Assembly: GCF_024521635.1 (NCBI RefSeq)
Contig: NW_026250420.1
Location: forward strand, 434,001 to 498,000
Reading direction: 5' to 3'
Origin: Tricharina praecox
Taxonomy: Eukaryota
Length of the DNA stretch: 64,000 bases
The position numbers and the translations under genes were made by a program. Position 1 is the stretch's first letter. Each line of letters opens with the position of its first letter. Shown one piece after another: positions 12,595 to 24,974 of the stretch. The notes under the pieces were generated by a model. It had not been told where the DNA came from. It saw nothing but the letters and a program-made list of their open reading frames with translations, and ran no database searches.

Positions 12595-15551
12595 ATGGAC
12601 GCAGGCAGCAGCAGCAACAGCGCAGCAGCAGCATCAGCAGCAGTAGGAGTAGTAGAGAACAGCATTGGGACTGGGAAGTCCGCCACACAGATCAAGTCTT
12701 CGACAGAGAGCATGGTGACAGTACGACTTTCGGACGCGGAGCTGCCAGAGACCTGCACGACGACATCCACGCCCTCGCCGACACCGACACTGAAGCTTGT
12801 GGACGAGAAATCCGAGGAGTACATACTCGCCGACAACGAGCCGATGTTTGTTCCCGAGCGGTCCGAGTCGCCCGTGCCGGCGGATCTGACGGCGTTTAGG
12901 CGGAGCAGCTCTTCGCTCGAGGCATTGATGGAGGAGATGGAGGATCAGAACGAGTGCGAGGTGGATAACTCGGTGGATTGGGCGGGTCTGGAAAAGACGG
13001 AAGACGAGCACCCAAAAGATCAATCGGCAGAAGAGGTTGGATACACCATCATCGCTCTGGCTTTGAAGAAAAGCTCGATCATTGTCGCGCAACCGAATTC
13101 TAATGCGTCGCAGGGAACTGCTTTCCTTCTTGCGCGGCTCGAGCAGGAGAATAAACGATTGGAGAAGGATCCGAAAGCTATGATCATCCATCCCGAGAGA
13201 CCACCATCTCTCTCCAAGCTGAGGCAGATGATGGATAATCCCGACCCCAACACCCTGCGCTATTCGATGCTGCCGGCCCCGCCGCCGCTGACCGATCTCG
13301 ACTTTTATGCGGCGCTGGTGGCCGATTACAACAGGGCGGCATCGAAGCTGCCGTATCTCCTGAGCAAGAAGATCCGCGAGGGTGTCCCACCTCCGCTCAG
13401 AGGAGTCGTGTGGACCGCCATGTCCGGCGCCAGAGACTGCAATCTGGAAGGATTGTACGATCAATTGCTCGGCGAAACATCGCCGTACGAGCAGTTGATC
13501 GGTAAAGACGTTGGCCGGACCGGTCTCGAGATGTTCAGTCAAGAGGGAGGAGAGGGGCAGCGCATGCTGGGCAGAGTCCTGAGGGCTTTCAGCATATACG
13601 ATACGCAGATTGGATACTGTCAAGGGTTGGTGGTATGCACCCATTGGTTTCCCATCTAACATGGCATAGACTTGGGTTCTTGGTCGGTCCGCTTTTGATG
13701 CATATGGGCGAAAGGGAGGCGTTCTGTGTGCTTGTCCGGTATGTTCATCTTTCGCATTCGCACGATGCCTCCTGGTGACCGATGCTGATGAATGATGATG
13801 ACAGGCTGATGGAGCATTACGACCTTCGGTCTTGCTTCCTTCCTAATCTGTCCGGGTTGCAGCTGCGGATGTACCAATTCACGCAGTTGATGGCCACCCA
13901 CCTCCCCGACCTCGCTAACCACCTCGACAATCTGGGTATCCAGCCGACTTATGCTTCGCAGTGGTTCCTCTCCTTTTTCGCCGTCACGTGTCCGTTGCCC
14001 ATGCTGTTCCGGATCTACGACGTGATCTTCGCCGAGGGCGCCACGGAGACGATGATGCGCGTGGCGCTCTCGCTGATGCGTCGCAACCAAAAGAGGATTC
14101 TGGCGGCGGCAGAGTTCGAGGATGTGATGCAGATGCTGCTTTCGAGGTCGCTGTGGGATGCTTTCCAGTGTAACGCCGACGACCTCGTCCAGGATTTCGT
14201 GGGGCAGTCTGGGATAGTCACCCGGGATATCCTGGCGGACCTGGAAAGGAAATACAAGGACGTCAACTCGGATGAAATGGTCAAACTTACCCCTGCGAAG
14301 TCGCAGACCTCGGAACTGCAAGCCGCTGCGTCCAGGTTTCTCGGAAGACTGTGGGGGGGCGCGACAAACGTTACGTTGTCCGTTCCGTCCAGACCTTCGA
14401 GCACCATCGTCATGCAGAGATCACCGTCAAAACATAGCCTATCGACACTCAACTCCTTCGACACCACCGAGAGCGGGACCACGGATGCAACGACGATGTC
14501 GCGGTGTTCTTCCATCAACGACGACCGCCGGCTATCGACCCGATCGATCGGGTCCCGCAAAGCCAACAAGGACCTCGAGCTCCACAACCAGATCGAAGAT
14601 CTCCTCGTTGCGCTCAGCGGTCTGCAACGCGAACACGCTACGAAGATGGATGAACTCCACGCCGTCAGGGAGTCCCGAGAAGAGGAACGGAAGCTCACGA
14701 AGCGACTGGTCGAGCTGTTGGGCAGTGGGTCCAGCGACGAAGAGGAGAGCGTGGACGAGATCAGCGATCTGTGCGACCAGATCTCGGACCGAATCGAGAA
14801 GGAGGAGTCCGAGGAGACGCTCGAGGCATCACGATCAGCTGCGACACAGCTCTCGCGAGAACTCCAGCAGGTGCGAGAGCAACTTTCGCGGGAAATGATC
14901 AAATCCCGAAACCTTGCGAACCGTCTGGCGGAACAGGACGCCGATGTGGTCAGGTTAAAGAGCCAGCTGCTCGATACCCGCGGGAAATGGCAGGATATCC
15001 AGAAAGAAAACCAGCAGCTCCAGAAATCGCTCAGCGACATGCGGCAGAGGCGGGGCAGCGAGGACTGCCCCACGTCCCCTGGCGATTCTAAGAGTTCCGG
15101 AGGTGGAGGAGGAGGACTCCGTGAGCTCCGGCTGGGCCGCTCGAATTCAGGATCCAAGAAAAGCCCCATGCCTCCGCCAATCTTCAACAAGCGATCTAGC
15201 AGTCTCGGGATGCAGTCGATCCTTGCCCAGTCCGAGAATCATGCGCCGCCACCCGAAGACGCGCTGCTCTTGGAGCTGGTGGCGGCCAAAACTGCGGAGG
15301 CCGTCGCAAAACAGGAGGCCGAGGAGGCGAAGGCGAAATTGGAAGCCCTAAGGAAGGTTCTCACTGGTACCGCTACCGCCGTCACAAATGTTACGCCAGG
15401 ATATCTCGGTGGCTCCTCGGGGTTCCCGTTCGCATCTGCCGCGAGCTCGCCTACTGTCACCACACCCGGTAGTGCCACAAGTGGCGGCGGCGGCGGATGG
15501 TTCGGTGGTGGATGGGGAGCCAAGCGGACAGCGAGTGTAGACTCGCGATAG
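12595..15551 (+). CDS. GYP5: TBC-domain Rab GTPase-activating protein with C-terminal coiled coil (Gyp5/EVI5-like)
   Basis: Exons 12595-13035, 13114-13625, 13670-13738 and 13805-15551. TBC motifs GVPPPLRGVVW, IGKDVGRT, IGYCQGLGFLVGPLL and YASQWFLSFF, followed by coiled coil. Confidence 0.9.
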
Positions 15552-15946
15552 CTCTGAATCTTCCACTTCCTTGGGTACCGGTGTGGATAGGATATATTTG
15601 GTGTTTTGTTGTGGGTTTTTTTTCATATCTTTTTTTTCCGGATGGTTTGGTTTGTTTGGTTGAATGGATATTTGGATTGGATTTTTCTTTACTGTTTGTG
15701 GCGACATACCCCCCTCCCTCACTCCCCCCTCCTCCATCAAGTCGAGTCTTCTACACACGTTTTTCACGGCTGCAATGGAGTAATCTGTCGTTTCTCTTTG
15801 TCTCTTTGTCTCTTTTTCTCTCTTCACATTCGTGTACATATACCTTCCTTTCACTGTTATTATACCTCCTATAAGTACAGTAGAACACAGACATTCAAGA
15901 GTAACACCTTTTTTTTCTTCTTTCTTCTTCCGACAGATGATACTAC

Positions 15947-16958
15947 CTACATTGCCTTGTCTCCGTCCTCCTTGCCGTATTCCTCGTGGTAGGCAGCGTT
16001 GAAAATGTCCTTGTCGATGGCAAACTCGCGGATAAAGTCGATCTCGAGCTCGTGCACGCGGCTTCCCAGGAGCACCAGCGAGTGCAGCGGCGTCCCCAGG
16101 TCCGCCGTACTCAGCTGCTCCAGCGTCCCCGCCACGATCCGCTGGTCCTCACTTCCGAGCCGGCTCACGCCCACCGCGAGAGATCGCGGCGTGTACACTA
16201 CACATCCGCATTAGCACCGCGGGCCGCTGCGAGCATGCAGGACGACGACGACAACATACCCTTCTCCCCCCGCGTCTCCTCAACCTCCAGCATCTGCTCT
16301 GCGCACTGGGCGACGGTCATATACCTGGGCTTATTAAACCTGCCCTTGCCCCCTCTCCCCAGGGCAATATCCTCCCAACTCTCCTCCTTAACCTTAATAT
16401 CGAGCAGTACCAGCGTATGCAACCCGACATGTCTATTCTCTTTGACGCGATCATAAAAACTCGTCGGCCTCCACGCCTCGGTAAAAAACACCATGCTCAC
16501 GGTCTGCCCGTAGTTGTACAGCTGCAGCCCCACAGCCCCGATCGCGTTCATTATGCTCGCGTTGTGGATCGTACGTGTGGGGATGTTGGCGCTGCGCGCC
16601 CGGAGAAGGAGGTCGCTGTGTGTTGTCGCCCCGAACGGGTCCCCCACCACGAGGAATGCGATGTCAAGCGTGTCGGCGGAACATAGGATTGAGTCGGCGT
16701 CTTGCTCGACGAGGGTCCGGTCCGCGACGATTACTGGGCGCCCGTAGAACTCCTCCTAGAATTGGGTCAGCACGGCTGCCCTGGAGGTGGGGGAGGGGCG
16801 AGGGGGCGAGGGAAGAGCACAAGTTTCTCGTGTGAAATCATCAGGATGCTCGTGTACGCCTCGAGGTAGACGCGCTCGGCTCGGCGGACGATCTCCAGGC
16901 CGCGCACGCTGATGTCCTTCTCGTCGGAGAGGCCGAGGCCGATGAAGTAGAGGACCAT
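15947..16958 (-). CDS. DPH5: Diphthine methyl ester synthase (3 exons)
   Basis: Exons 16958-16821, 16755-16260 and 16197-15947. Motifs [72 protein letters not shown] and [10 protein letters not shown]. Confidence 0.97.
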
Positions 16959-17844
16959 TCTTGCTCGAGGTCAAGGTGAAGGCCGAGGGGAGGTGCTGCT
17001 GGTGGTGGGGGGGGGGGGGATGCTGGCGGGGCTGGCGGGGCTGGCTGTGGTGGGGTGAAAGATTGTTATCCCTATCTAAAGTTCTAGACTATCTATGGCG
17101 GCGTGCATGCAGCCTGCCCAGTTGCCAGGGTTGGATAACTTGGATTATGGATATTCGTCAGCGGCTCGCATCGCTGCACATCGCTGCACATCGCATCGCT
17201 GCGCATCGCTTCTCGGATTCTCAGCCCTACCGTGGCGTGCGAGCGAGCTTCAAGTTCAAGTCTCCAACATTGAACACAATGGTAGGTATGACTGCATATC
17301 TATGCTGTGGAGGGCTTATCCACCGCCACCACCACCACCACCATCGAGCAATCGAGCAATCTGTGCATACGATACGGGGGAGGGGAGGGGAGGGCGGGGC
17401 GGACCTACGGGGCGGGGAGGGCAGTGGTCGCTCGGGAAATCTCGCACATGCAAGCAGTACGGCATGCTGTCTTTTGTTACCAATGACCACCAATGCCCAC
17501 CCACGCACATGCTGACTGGATATGTCGGGAGGAGGTATTGAGCATTACGAGATGCATTGCATCAGACTCCAGTGCATACATGATACAATCGCACTCCATC
17601 CGGGGTCAAACCTATCCTCTATGATAGTTACATACATGTCCGGGGCGGTTGTATGTAAGTTTGTTGCAATGCATATGTAGAATAGGTAATAGGTATGCCC
17701 CGGTTGCGAGGCGGTAGTGCGGCTACGGCACTAGGTATACACAGCCACACAATGTACACAACTACACAACCACACGAGTCACGAGTCACGACTCGCCGTC
17801 TCGAGTAGTCCAATGGTTGCAGCTGTGCTGCTGGTGGTCGCTAC

Positions 17845-18640
17845 CAGACCCTCCAACAGTTCGAACTGGGAACAACCTGGGGGTGTTCCCGTACCAACCA
17901 ACTGTTGGGGGATAGTGAACTGAACCAACTGCCAAACTGAACCAACTGCCAAGTTTTGAACTGGGAAAACTGCTTGTCCCATCAGTTTTGTGAGGCTCAG
18001 GGCTGGACCCGTCGCCACCACCAACCCACCGGCCAGCTGCCTACAACCCACCACCCAGTCGCTACTATTAACTCACCACCTATGGAGCACGCTGCGCCGG
18101 TTGACGTGCTCCAGGACTGCTGTTCATTGCCTGTCGAGAGGAATATTAGAAACACTCTTGCTGCGATCAAATAGGGGCTGGAATCGCGCCAGCAACGACA
18201 TTTTCCTAACCTCAGCCGAATGGCGATTGACATTCTATCTATTCCAGCCATGTTAGCTGAGGCTGAACGGCTGTTCTCCGAGTGCAAGATGATTCTGACT
18301 GATCATCAGTATTCACCAAGTACCGAGAGTGTTGAAGCTCTGCAGAGTATCAAAAAGTTCAATCGCCGTACTCCCGTGGGTAGGTAGCATCAGAGTAGTA
18401 ATTCAAAACTAGTACCGAACCCATTTTCTATCGCTTTTTCCGTGACCATAGGAACCTATCTTGTCCACTCTGGCTGGCCTGGCTGAACTGCCAGTTCTGC
18501 CAGTTTTCCCGGGAAGACTTACCTAAACCAACTGGGAACTGACAGCCTCTGTTCCCAACCGAACCGGGAATAAGATTAACCAGAACTGAACTGTTTAAAC
18601 CAGTGTTCCCATTTCAACTGACTAACTGTTGAAGGGTCTG
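17845..18640 (+). mobile_element. Internally deleted, non-autonomous hAT DNA transposon (~800 bp)
   Basis: 17-bp TIRs CAGACCCTCCAACAGTT (17845-17861) and AACTGTTGAAGGGTCTG (18624-18640), 16/17 complementary. Many subterminal AACTG/AACCAACTG repeats and an internal hAT dimerisation-domain remnant. No 8-bp TSD is visible. Confidence 0.85.
18082..18387 (+). pseudogene. hAT transposase C-terminal dimerisation-domain fragment
   Basis: Reads ...IRNTLAAIK*GLESRQQRHFPNLSRMAIDILSIPAMLAEAERLFSECKMILTD..., matching the hAT consensus WW...FP.L..MA.D.LSIPA.S...ER.FS. The TAG at 18172-18174 sits where a Trp codon is expected. Confidence 0.85.
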
Positions 18641-18872
18641 GTGAGAAGTATGTACTCGTCACCGTACCGGATCAGTTCTGCTCATATTCCAAAAATAAGT
18701 CATAATGTTTGCTACAGTAGGTACATACATAAGGTACCAGGTACTGCCAACGTATGTACCAGCGGGATACATGCTCCCACAGATAGGTAGGTAGCTGGAT
18801 TATCAGAACTGGAAAAGCGGCGGGAGTCTCGACTCTCGGCTCGAGTTAGGTACGTGCAGCTGGATTTCAAAA

Positions 18873-20690
18873 TTGGGCAGCTGGTCTTGTGAGGATTACT
18901 ATGTACAGTTATGTACAGTACCTTCAGGGAGGTTTCTACCATGTAAGTTGCACGAGTTGCTCCGCGGAATCCACTCGAATACCTTCATACTTTGATATCA
19001 CTCGTTCCCACCATTCCGCACAGGTCCAGACAGATTGTTCCAACCTCACACACCCCACTTGGCACCAATACAAGCTCCCGGACGTATAGGAGATTGTAGT
19101 GGTCTATACATATGTACATACTTCATATCTTGTCTACATCTATAGGTACATACGGTAGAAACGACTTCCGCAAAACCCGTTTTTCAAGAGCACTTAGAGC
19201 AAACCCCTCCGTCCGGCCTTTGCCCATTCGCTTCGGAGAGATCCCCTCGCCCCCCCCCCCCCAAAAAAAAAGAAAAGAAAAGAAACAACCGAAACATGTA
19301 TTGAACCGCAGCAAAAGAGTGTCCTCCCCAAGGTTGCTAGCCTTGTACAGCCGATGGACCCTGCACCACCTGGGAAATTCACCCCAACTTAGCCATGATC
19401 ACTGCCTGGTGTTTTTCGCTGATATTGAAATCTTGAACCCGCGGGGTGCGCATCGATACCTAACCCACCACCCACCACACATAAAAATGTACATAATTGG
19501 ACACGTTCAGCAACTCACCCACCGGCATACGCAGAGAACCCCGCGAGTAGACGATTGCTGAATGGTGCTTTCCCCGTGCGAACGTGTTGAAGACCTGTAC
19601 TAGATAACCACTATCTACATCGCTCACTCTCCTTTCACTTCATATCTTCCTATCACATGCACTTTGGCGGAGAGATATTGCTGTACAGCGCTGGTGGGCC
19701 CTACTATAGCGAGTGAGTCCTAATGATTCGCTTCACTGCTATATAGAGTAGTATCGCTGAGGGTGATCCGGCACGGCCACCTCCTGTATGCCAGCAACAA
19801 CCGCAACAGAATCTCCTCCCGCCACATAATCACGGTAGCGTGTGTCTGAGGTGGCACGTATGCACTTGGATTATTTAGTTGCTTATCTATCCTCTTGCTC
19901 TGCTGTCGTGAATCGTGATGCTCGTCGACGGTCCGGCGTTCGCCAACAAAACACAAAACAATCACTCGAGCGAGCAATTACATACCTGCATAGGTAGGTA
20001 CATACATACTTGGTAGGGGGCACCACTGTTCCACTCAGCAGCTGGACAGCTGTTCTTGTGAGGATTACCTACCTAGAGTAGCAAAAAGTAGGGTGCGATT
20101 GATACAGGTGAATACCGAGAACCTGGTAGTTCTTCGGTATTCAAATGATTGCGGTATTCACCCCGTATCAATCGCAACCTACTTTTTACTACTATAGGTG
20201 CCTATATTGTAACCTGTTTTCCTGTCATCTGCCACCTGTCAAATGTTTAGATGAACTTTGGGAGGAGCGAAGTTGCAATGTACAATACTCCACTCTACGC
20301 TGCTAGTCTCTAGATACATGTGTAATGACAGTGAGGTTTCTACTACCTAACTTATATGCACTACAAGTCACTCAACGGAATCCAGTGTCCACTCGAATGA
20401 GTTGGTACTTGTGATATCACTTATTCCCCACCATTTTACATGATGCAACGGTCCAGAATCCAGAGTGGGCAAACTTCATACACTACACCTCATCAATATA
20501 CTATCTATACGACCGCTCGAACATGTAGGGGATTGTATAGCAGCGGTACGTACATCATATCTTGCCTACACATCTTGCCCATTGGTAGAAAGGACTTTCG
20601 CAACTCCCGAAAATTTCTCCAAAGTACCGCCAAGCAACCTCGTCCTTCCGGCTTTTGACCATTCGGTTTGGAGAGATTTCACGCCTCCTC
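18873..20690 (+). repeat. Decayed direct duplication (copy 1 ~18873-19250, copy 2 ~20042-20690)
   Basis: Colinear shared blocks in both copies: CAGCTG(G/T)TCTTGTGAGGATTAC, TCCACTCGAAT, GATATCACT..TTCCCACCATT, CATATCTTG(T/C)CTACA, GGTAGAAA(C/G)GACTT and CCATTCG..T.GGAGAGAT. Confidence 0.75.
20071..20199. mobile_element. Palindromic MITE-like element (~130 bp)
   Basis: Arms 20071-20117 and 20152-20199 are reverse-complementary over ~47 bp with a few mismatches (CCTAGAGTAGCAAAAAGTAGGGTGCGATTGATACAGGTGAATACCG). It is absent from copy 1 of the duplication. Confidence 0.7.
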
Positions 20691-21915
20691 TCGCGCCTCC
20701 CCTCGCTCGGGAGTGGAAGGTTTTTCGTTCTTACTTGGACTGCTTAGGATTGTGCATACAATATCACTCGCCCTTCAAGTCAGTTAGCTAGTGATGGGCT
20801 ATGATTATAGTATTGGGCAGTGCACATCAGTACGAGTACATACGGGAGGACTGGACGGAGGACTGGACAGAGAGCTGGACGAAGAGTTTTAAGGAATGTG
20901 CGTCGGATTTATGACTAGATGTAATCAGTCATGATCTATCAAGGTCGAATGCTAATATGCTATCATGATAAAAAACTAGCACGAATACTAGATAGTGGTT
21001 TTGAGCTTTTGCTCAAGGTATGTAATTCCTCTTGCCCGTCCGTCACTGGTGCTTTGATTGCTCCATTACCCTCATTACCGTCATTGCCATCCATTGCCAC
21101 CTCTGCCCCTGTTCCGTCAACACCGGCCTCCACCACACCACTCAATCCCATCCCATCCGGCCGTCTAGATACAGTAGAAGCCTTTCCCATATCCCATATC
21201 CCATCTTCATACCATCTTCATACCATCATCATCCCGTCATCGTCCCATCATCTTCATGTCATCGTCACGGTCCTTGAAGTACACCCAATCCATCATCAAT
21301 CCATCACCATCCATCACCCACCAAGCCTAAAGAACCGCCAGAAGAATATTCAAAGAATAATCAAAGAATAATAGAAGAAGAGAAATGGTATGGTGATAAT
21401 ACAGCCAGCCTCGTAGTACCTAGTAGTAAAAGGTGCCCAATCATGATCCTCTTCCCATCCCATCCCATCCCATCCCTCTACACACAAAACCAGAAAGAAG
21501 AAAGAAGAAAGAAGAAGCAAAAAAACAAAACAAGGATATCCAACAGTAGCAGCAAATGAAAGCCTCCCAGCAAAGCAAACAAAACCAAAAAGATAAAACT
21601 CCGCCCGAAAACCCCCCCATCCCATGATGATCATGACGAACGAACACGAACCGAGACAATAGCAGCGCAGCAGAAAATCATCGTAGAGAAAATCGCCAAA
21701 AGATACCGTGTCTTAGGAGAAGAGGGAGACATGGAAGCAGCCTGCGAGCACAAAACAGAAAGTCGAGTAAGTAGCCAAAAAGAAACCAAAAAAAACTACG
21801 TTCCACACGCTATGGAGGAGATACGAAAAAAAAACCATCGGGATCAGACTTGCGTGGTGGCAATGGTACGTACTAGATCATCAACAGCAGCATCACCATC
21901 CGGATGCCTGCATTC

Positions 21916-24900
21916 CTAATGCGGCTCCTGGTGCGCGACTTCCTTGAGTACGTTCTCCCGTAGCTTGACCCACATGTCGAGGGACGCCAGGTGGCGATCG
22001 CGCGCCTTGGTGAATGACTGGTCAAGAATGGTGTCCTTATTCTTGACGCGTTCCATGTACTTCACAATGTCCTGGGTGTCGAGGAGCTCGGTGCTGGAGA
22101 CATGTAGGCTCTTGCTCGTCAACTCAGCGCGGAGCGCATGGACGTCAGCTTCGTATTTATTCCAGTCCTCGATGTAAGAGCCGAGCGAGTTATAGAAGCG
22201 GTTGTAGTTGTCCAGTGACACTTGCTTCGGGATCTTGGGCACACTGGGTGCTTTGGGCACCACAAAGGGCTGCTCTAACGGTGTCTGCGGATAGAGGTTC
22301 CAAAAGTCAGGGGGTATGCTGAACACGTAGGGCTCATTGGTCGTAGGGTTCAGCGCCGGTACCTTCATGCGCATGTCGCCGACTCGGGGCTTTGTTGCAG
22401 CTTGAGAAGGGAATGGAAGCGACTCCTTCAACGACTCGAATCCCCCGAGACCCACATCCGCAGGGCTACGGCTGAGGGGAGGGACGGAAGCCATGCCGCT
22501 CATGTCAAGGCTGGTAGTCGCCTTGCCCTTCTTGGTTCCGATGTTCAGCTTGCGCATGCCATTCGCGAGAGGGATGATCGGCTTCGTCCGGTTGTTCTGC
22601 GGAACCGGTATGGTCTTGGGGGCGCCCGTAGGTTCCGCGTCCATCGGCTCATAACCGAACCCGGTGGCAGGCTGCGAGGTAGCGGGATTCGTAGCCGTGG
22701 TCGCACTCTTGGGCTCGTCGCTTTCCGTCTCACTCCCGGCCTTCGGCTGGCTATCCCTTCTGGAATCCTTGCTTGTCGTTCGGTGCATGTTGCGGCCCTT
22801 GTTCAGGGTTGGCGCACTTCTCTTCTTCTTGGAGCCAGAAGGCAAGAAATCAAACACCGTCCGTTTCAACAGGTCATCGTATAGCTCGCGGTTGAATTTT
22901 GATCCCTCGCTCTTGCTGCTCTCAGCCGCCTGCTGTTGCTGCTGGAGGTTTGGCGGGGCCGATGGTGGCGGAACAAATGAATGATGGTTCTGCGTCGGCT
23001 GGCTGTGCGGCCTCAAGTGGGGAGCTGATCCGGTGCTGGCAGCCTTCTCCCCTTTCGGCTCGGGACTGTTCGACGTAAATGTGTCGAATGGTCGAGGACT
23101 GAAAACGAAGTCATACGCAGGAACCGCGGGCTTCTCCTTCTTAGGAGAGGGTGCCGCAGTCTCCTCGAATGAGAAAACGTTAATCGGGGGCTGTTTTTGC
23201 CTACTGAGATAATTAGTATCTGTCAAGTTAGAGAGAGGTTGGGTGACAAACTGTTCCTCCTTGGGTTCCTCTTCGGGTTGTTTATCGTGTCTAGAAGCTT
23301 CATGACTCCTGTCGGCCGAACCACCACCGGAGCTCCTAGATTTCCTGGTCGGCGGTGTAGGCGTCTCACTTCTAGTCTGGAACGAGCCAGGCATCGCGGA
23401 ACGCGGCCTCTCTGGCCGCGACTCTTGAGCTGGCGTCTTCTCCCTTGCTGGCGGCTTCTCCCTCGCCGGTGTCTTCTCCCTTGCTGGTGGCTTGTTGAAG
23501 TTAAACAGCGGAGGCGCTGGATAGACTCCCGTTCCATCCTTGCGAACATATTCCGGACCAGTTTGGGGAGCAAACTTGTTGAAATAGTCCGTGCTGGGGC
23601 CATCGTGCTTTCCAGCGTCGTTATCCGTGGGAGTCGCCTCCACAACATCTATGTCCTCGTGGTGAGTCGTCTCGTGCTTCCAATCTTCCGGAATCCCGTG
23701 GGACCCGTATGTGTGGTGACTCTTCGCCCATTTCGACGGCGTGGGCTCAGCCTTAGGCCTCATCGAGGATCGCGACGTCTTCCTAGAATGGCTGTTCAAG
23801 TGAGGACCTCCTCCTGACGTCTTGCCACGCTCCTTGACCCTCTCCTCAGCCTCCCTGAGCAGTTCTTCATCATCCCTCCGAGAGGTGTAGGGACTAGGCA
23901 TTTCGGTAGGATACCCGTACGCGTAGCCGTTGGGGCCCGGTGTCGAGTGCCCGCCGCTAAACCCATTGCCCTCGGCGTACGGGTTCCTCGTCGCCTCCTC
24001 CGCGCGCCGGCGCTCCCGTTCCTTCGCCTCCCGAGCTCTCTTGTGCCTATCTTCTTCTTGCCGTTTGAGTTCTTCCGCCTCCCGCTTAAGCCGTGCCTGC
24101 TCCTTAGCTCTCTGCTCTTCGGCATCCCCTCGCGCTCTCTCCGCCTCTTCCCTAGCCTGCTTTTCCCGGATGTAATCCGCCACGTTGAAGCCGCCGGGCG
24201 TGGGCGTTGGAGCTGGCGCGGCACCTGCAGAATATCTCGCGTTGGTACCTGTAGTGGATTTCGGCCGGGGGGACGATGTAGAGGACGAACCGCTATGATA
24301 TGCATTGTGCTTGGTAGAAGTGGGGTGAGCGCGCTCAGTGCCCGACGTTCGAGCATAAGCGCTTTCCCTCTTTGTCTTATAACTTCCGTAAGGATCCTCA
24401 TAGTCAGCCGCCGGGGGAGGAGCAGCCTTCGGCGGTCGAGGCGTCTGATACGAGTACCCCGGGGCTGCTTTCGGCTCCCATTCTTCATAAGGTCCATATC
24501 CACCTCCCCATCCCTTCGACCTCGACGAGCCAGCCTGCTGAGCGAACCCATCGTAGTTTCTTGTTGTACCAGTCCCATTAGCCCAACCAGGGGTAGTGTT
24601 GTGAGCAGACGACCCAGCCGTGTAGCGCTTAGCGGTGCCTGATCTGGCACCTCCGTTCGGTGTTCGATGAGCAGTCGATGCCCGGTCGGTGCCGTGGTAT
24701 GGGTTGTCGTTATCGTATTTACTGCGCTCCAGATTATCCTTCAACGTGTCATAGGCGCGGTGAAGATCCTGAAAGCGTTCTTTTGCCGTGGGATCGTTCG
24801 GGTTTTTATCGGGATGGGTATCTCTCGCTGTTGGGGTGCTTGTTAGCGAGTGGCCATGGGAGGTGAGGATGGAAGAAACCCACCGAGTTTGCGGAACGCC

Positions 24901-24974
24901 CGTTTGATGTCGTCGTCTGTGGCATGTCGGCCTAGCCCGAGTATCTTGTAATAATCTATCTCGCTCTGCGCCAT
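21916..24974 (-). CDS. Large J-domain (DnaJ/Hsp40 class C) protein with long disordered region
   Basis: Exon 1 (24974-24884, MAQSEIDYYKILGLGRHATDDDIKRAFRKL) splices to 24827 (ARDTHPDKNPNDP, HPD motif). A probable 51-nt in-frame intron lies at 23251-23201. A charged coiled-coil segment and a helical C-terminal region follow. Confidence 0.88.

Noticed and set aside
3723..15190. Long antisense and alternate-frame ORFs over TOP2 and the Gyp5-like gene (and likewise over the JmjC, PI-PLC and LTE1 genes)
   Set aside because: Shadow ORFs caused by GC-rich codon bias of the real genes.
17860..17970. CRISPR-like repeat array
   Set aside because: The context is eukaryotic, and the repeats are irregular subterminal transposon motifs without unique spacers.
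20931..21659. Short ORFs downstream of the J-protein gene
   Set aside because: Low-complexity CAT/CCAT-rich sequence typical of a 3' UTR, with no domain features.
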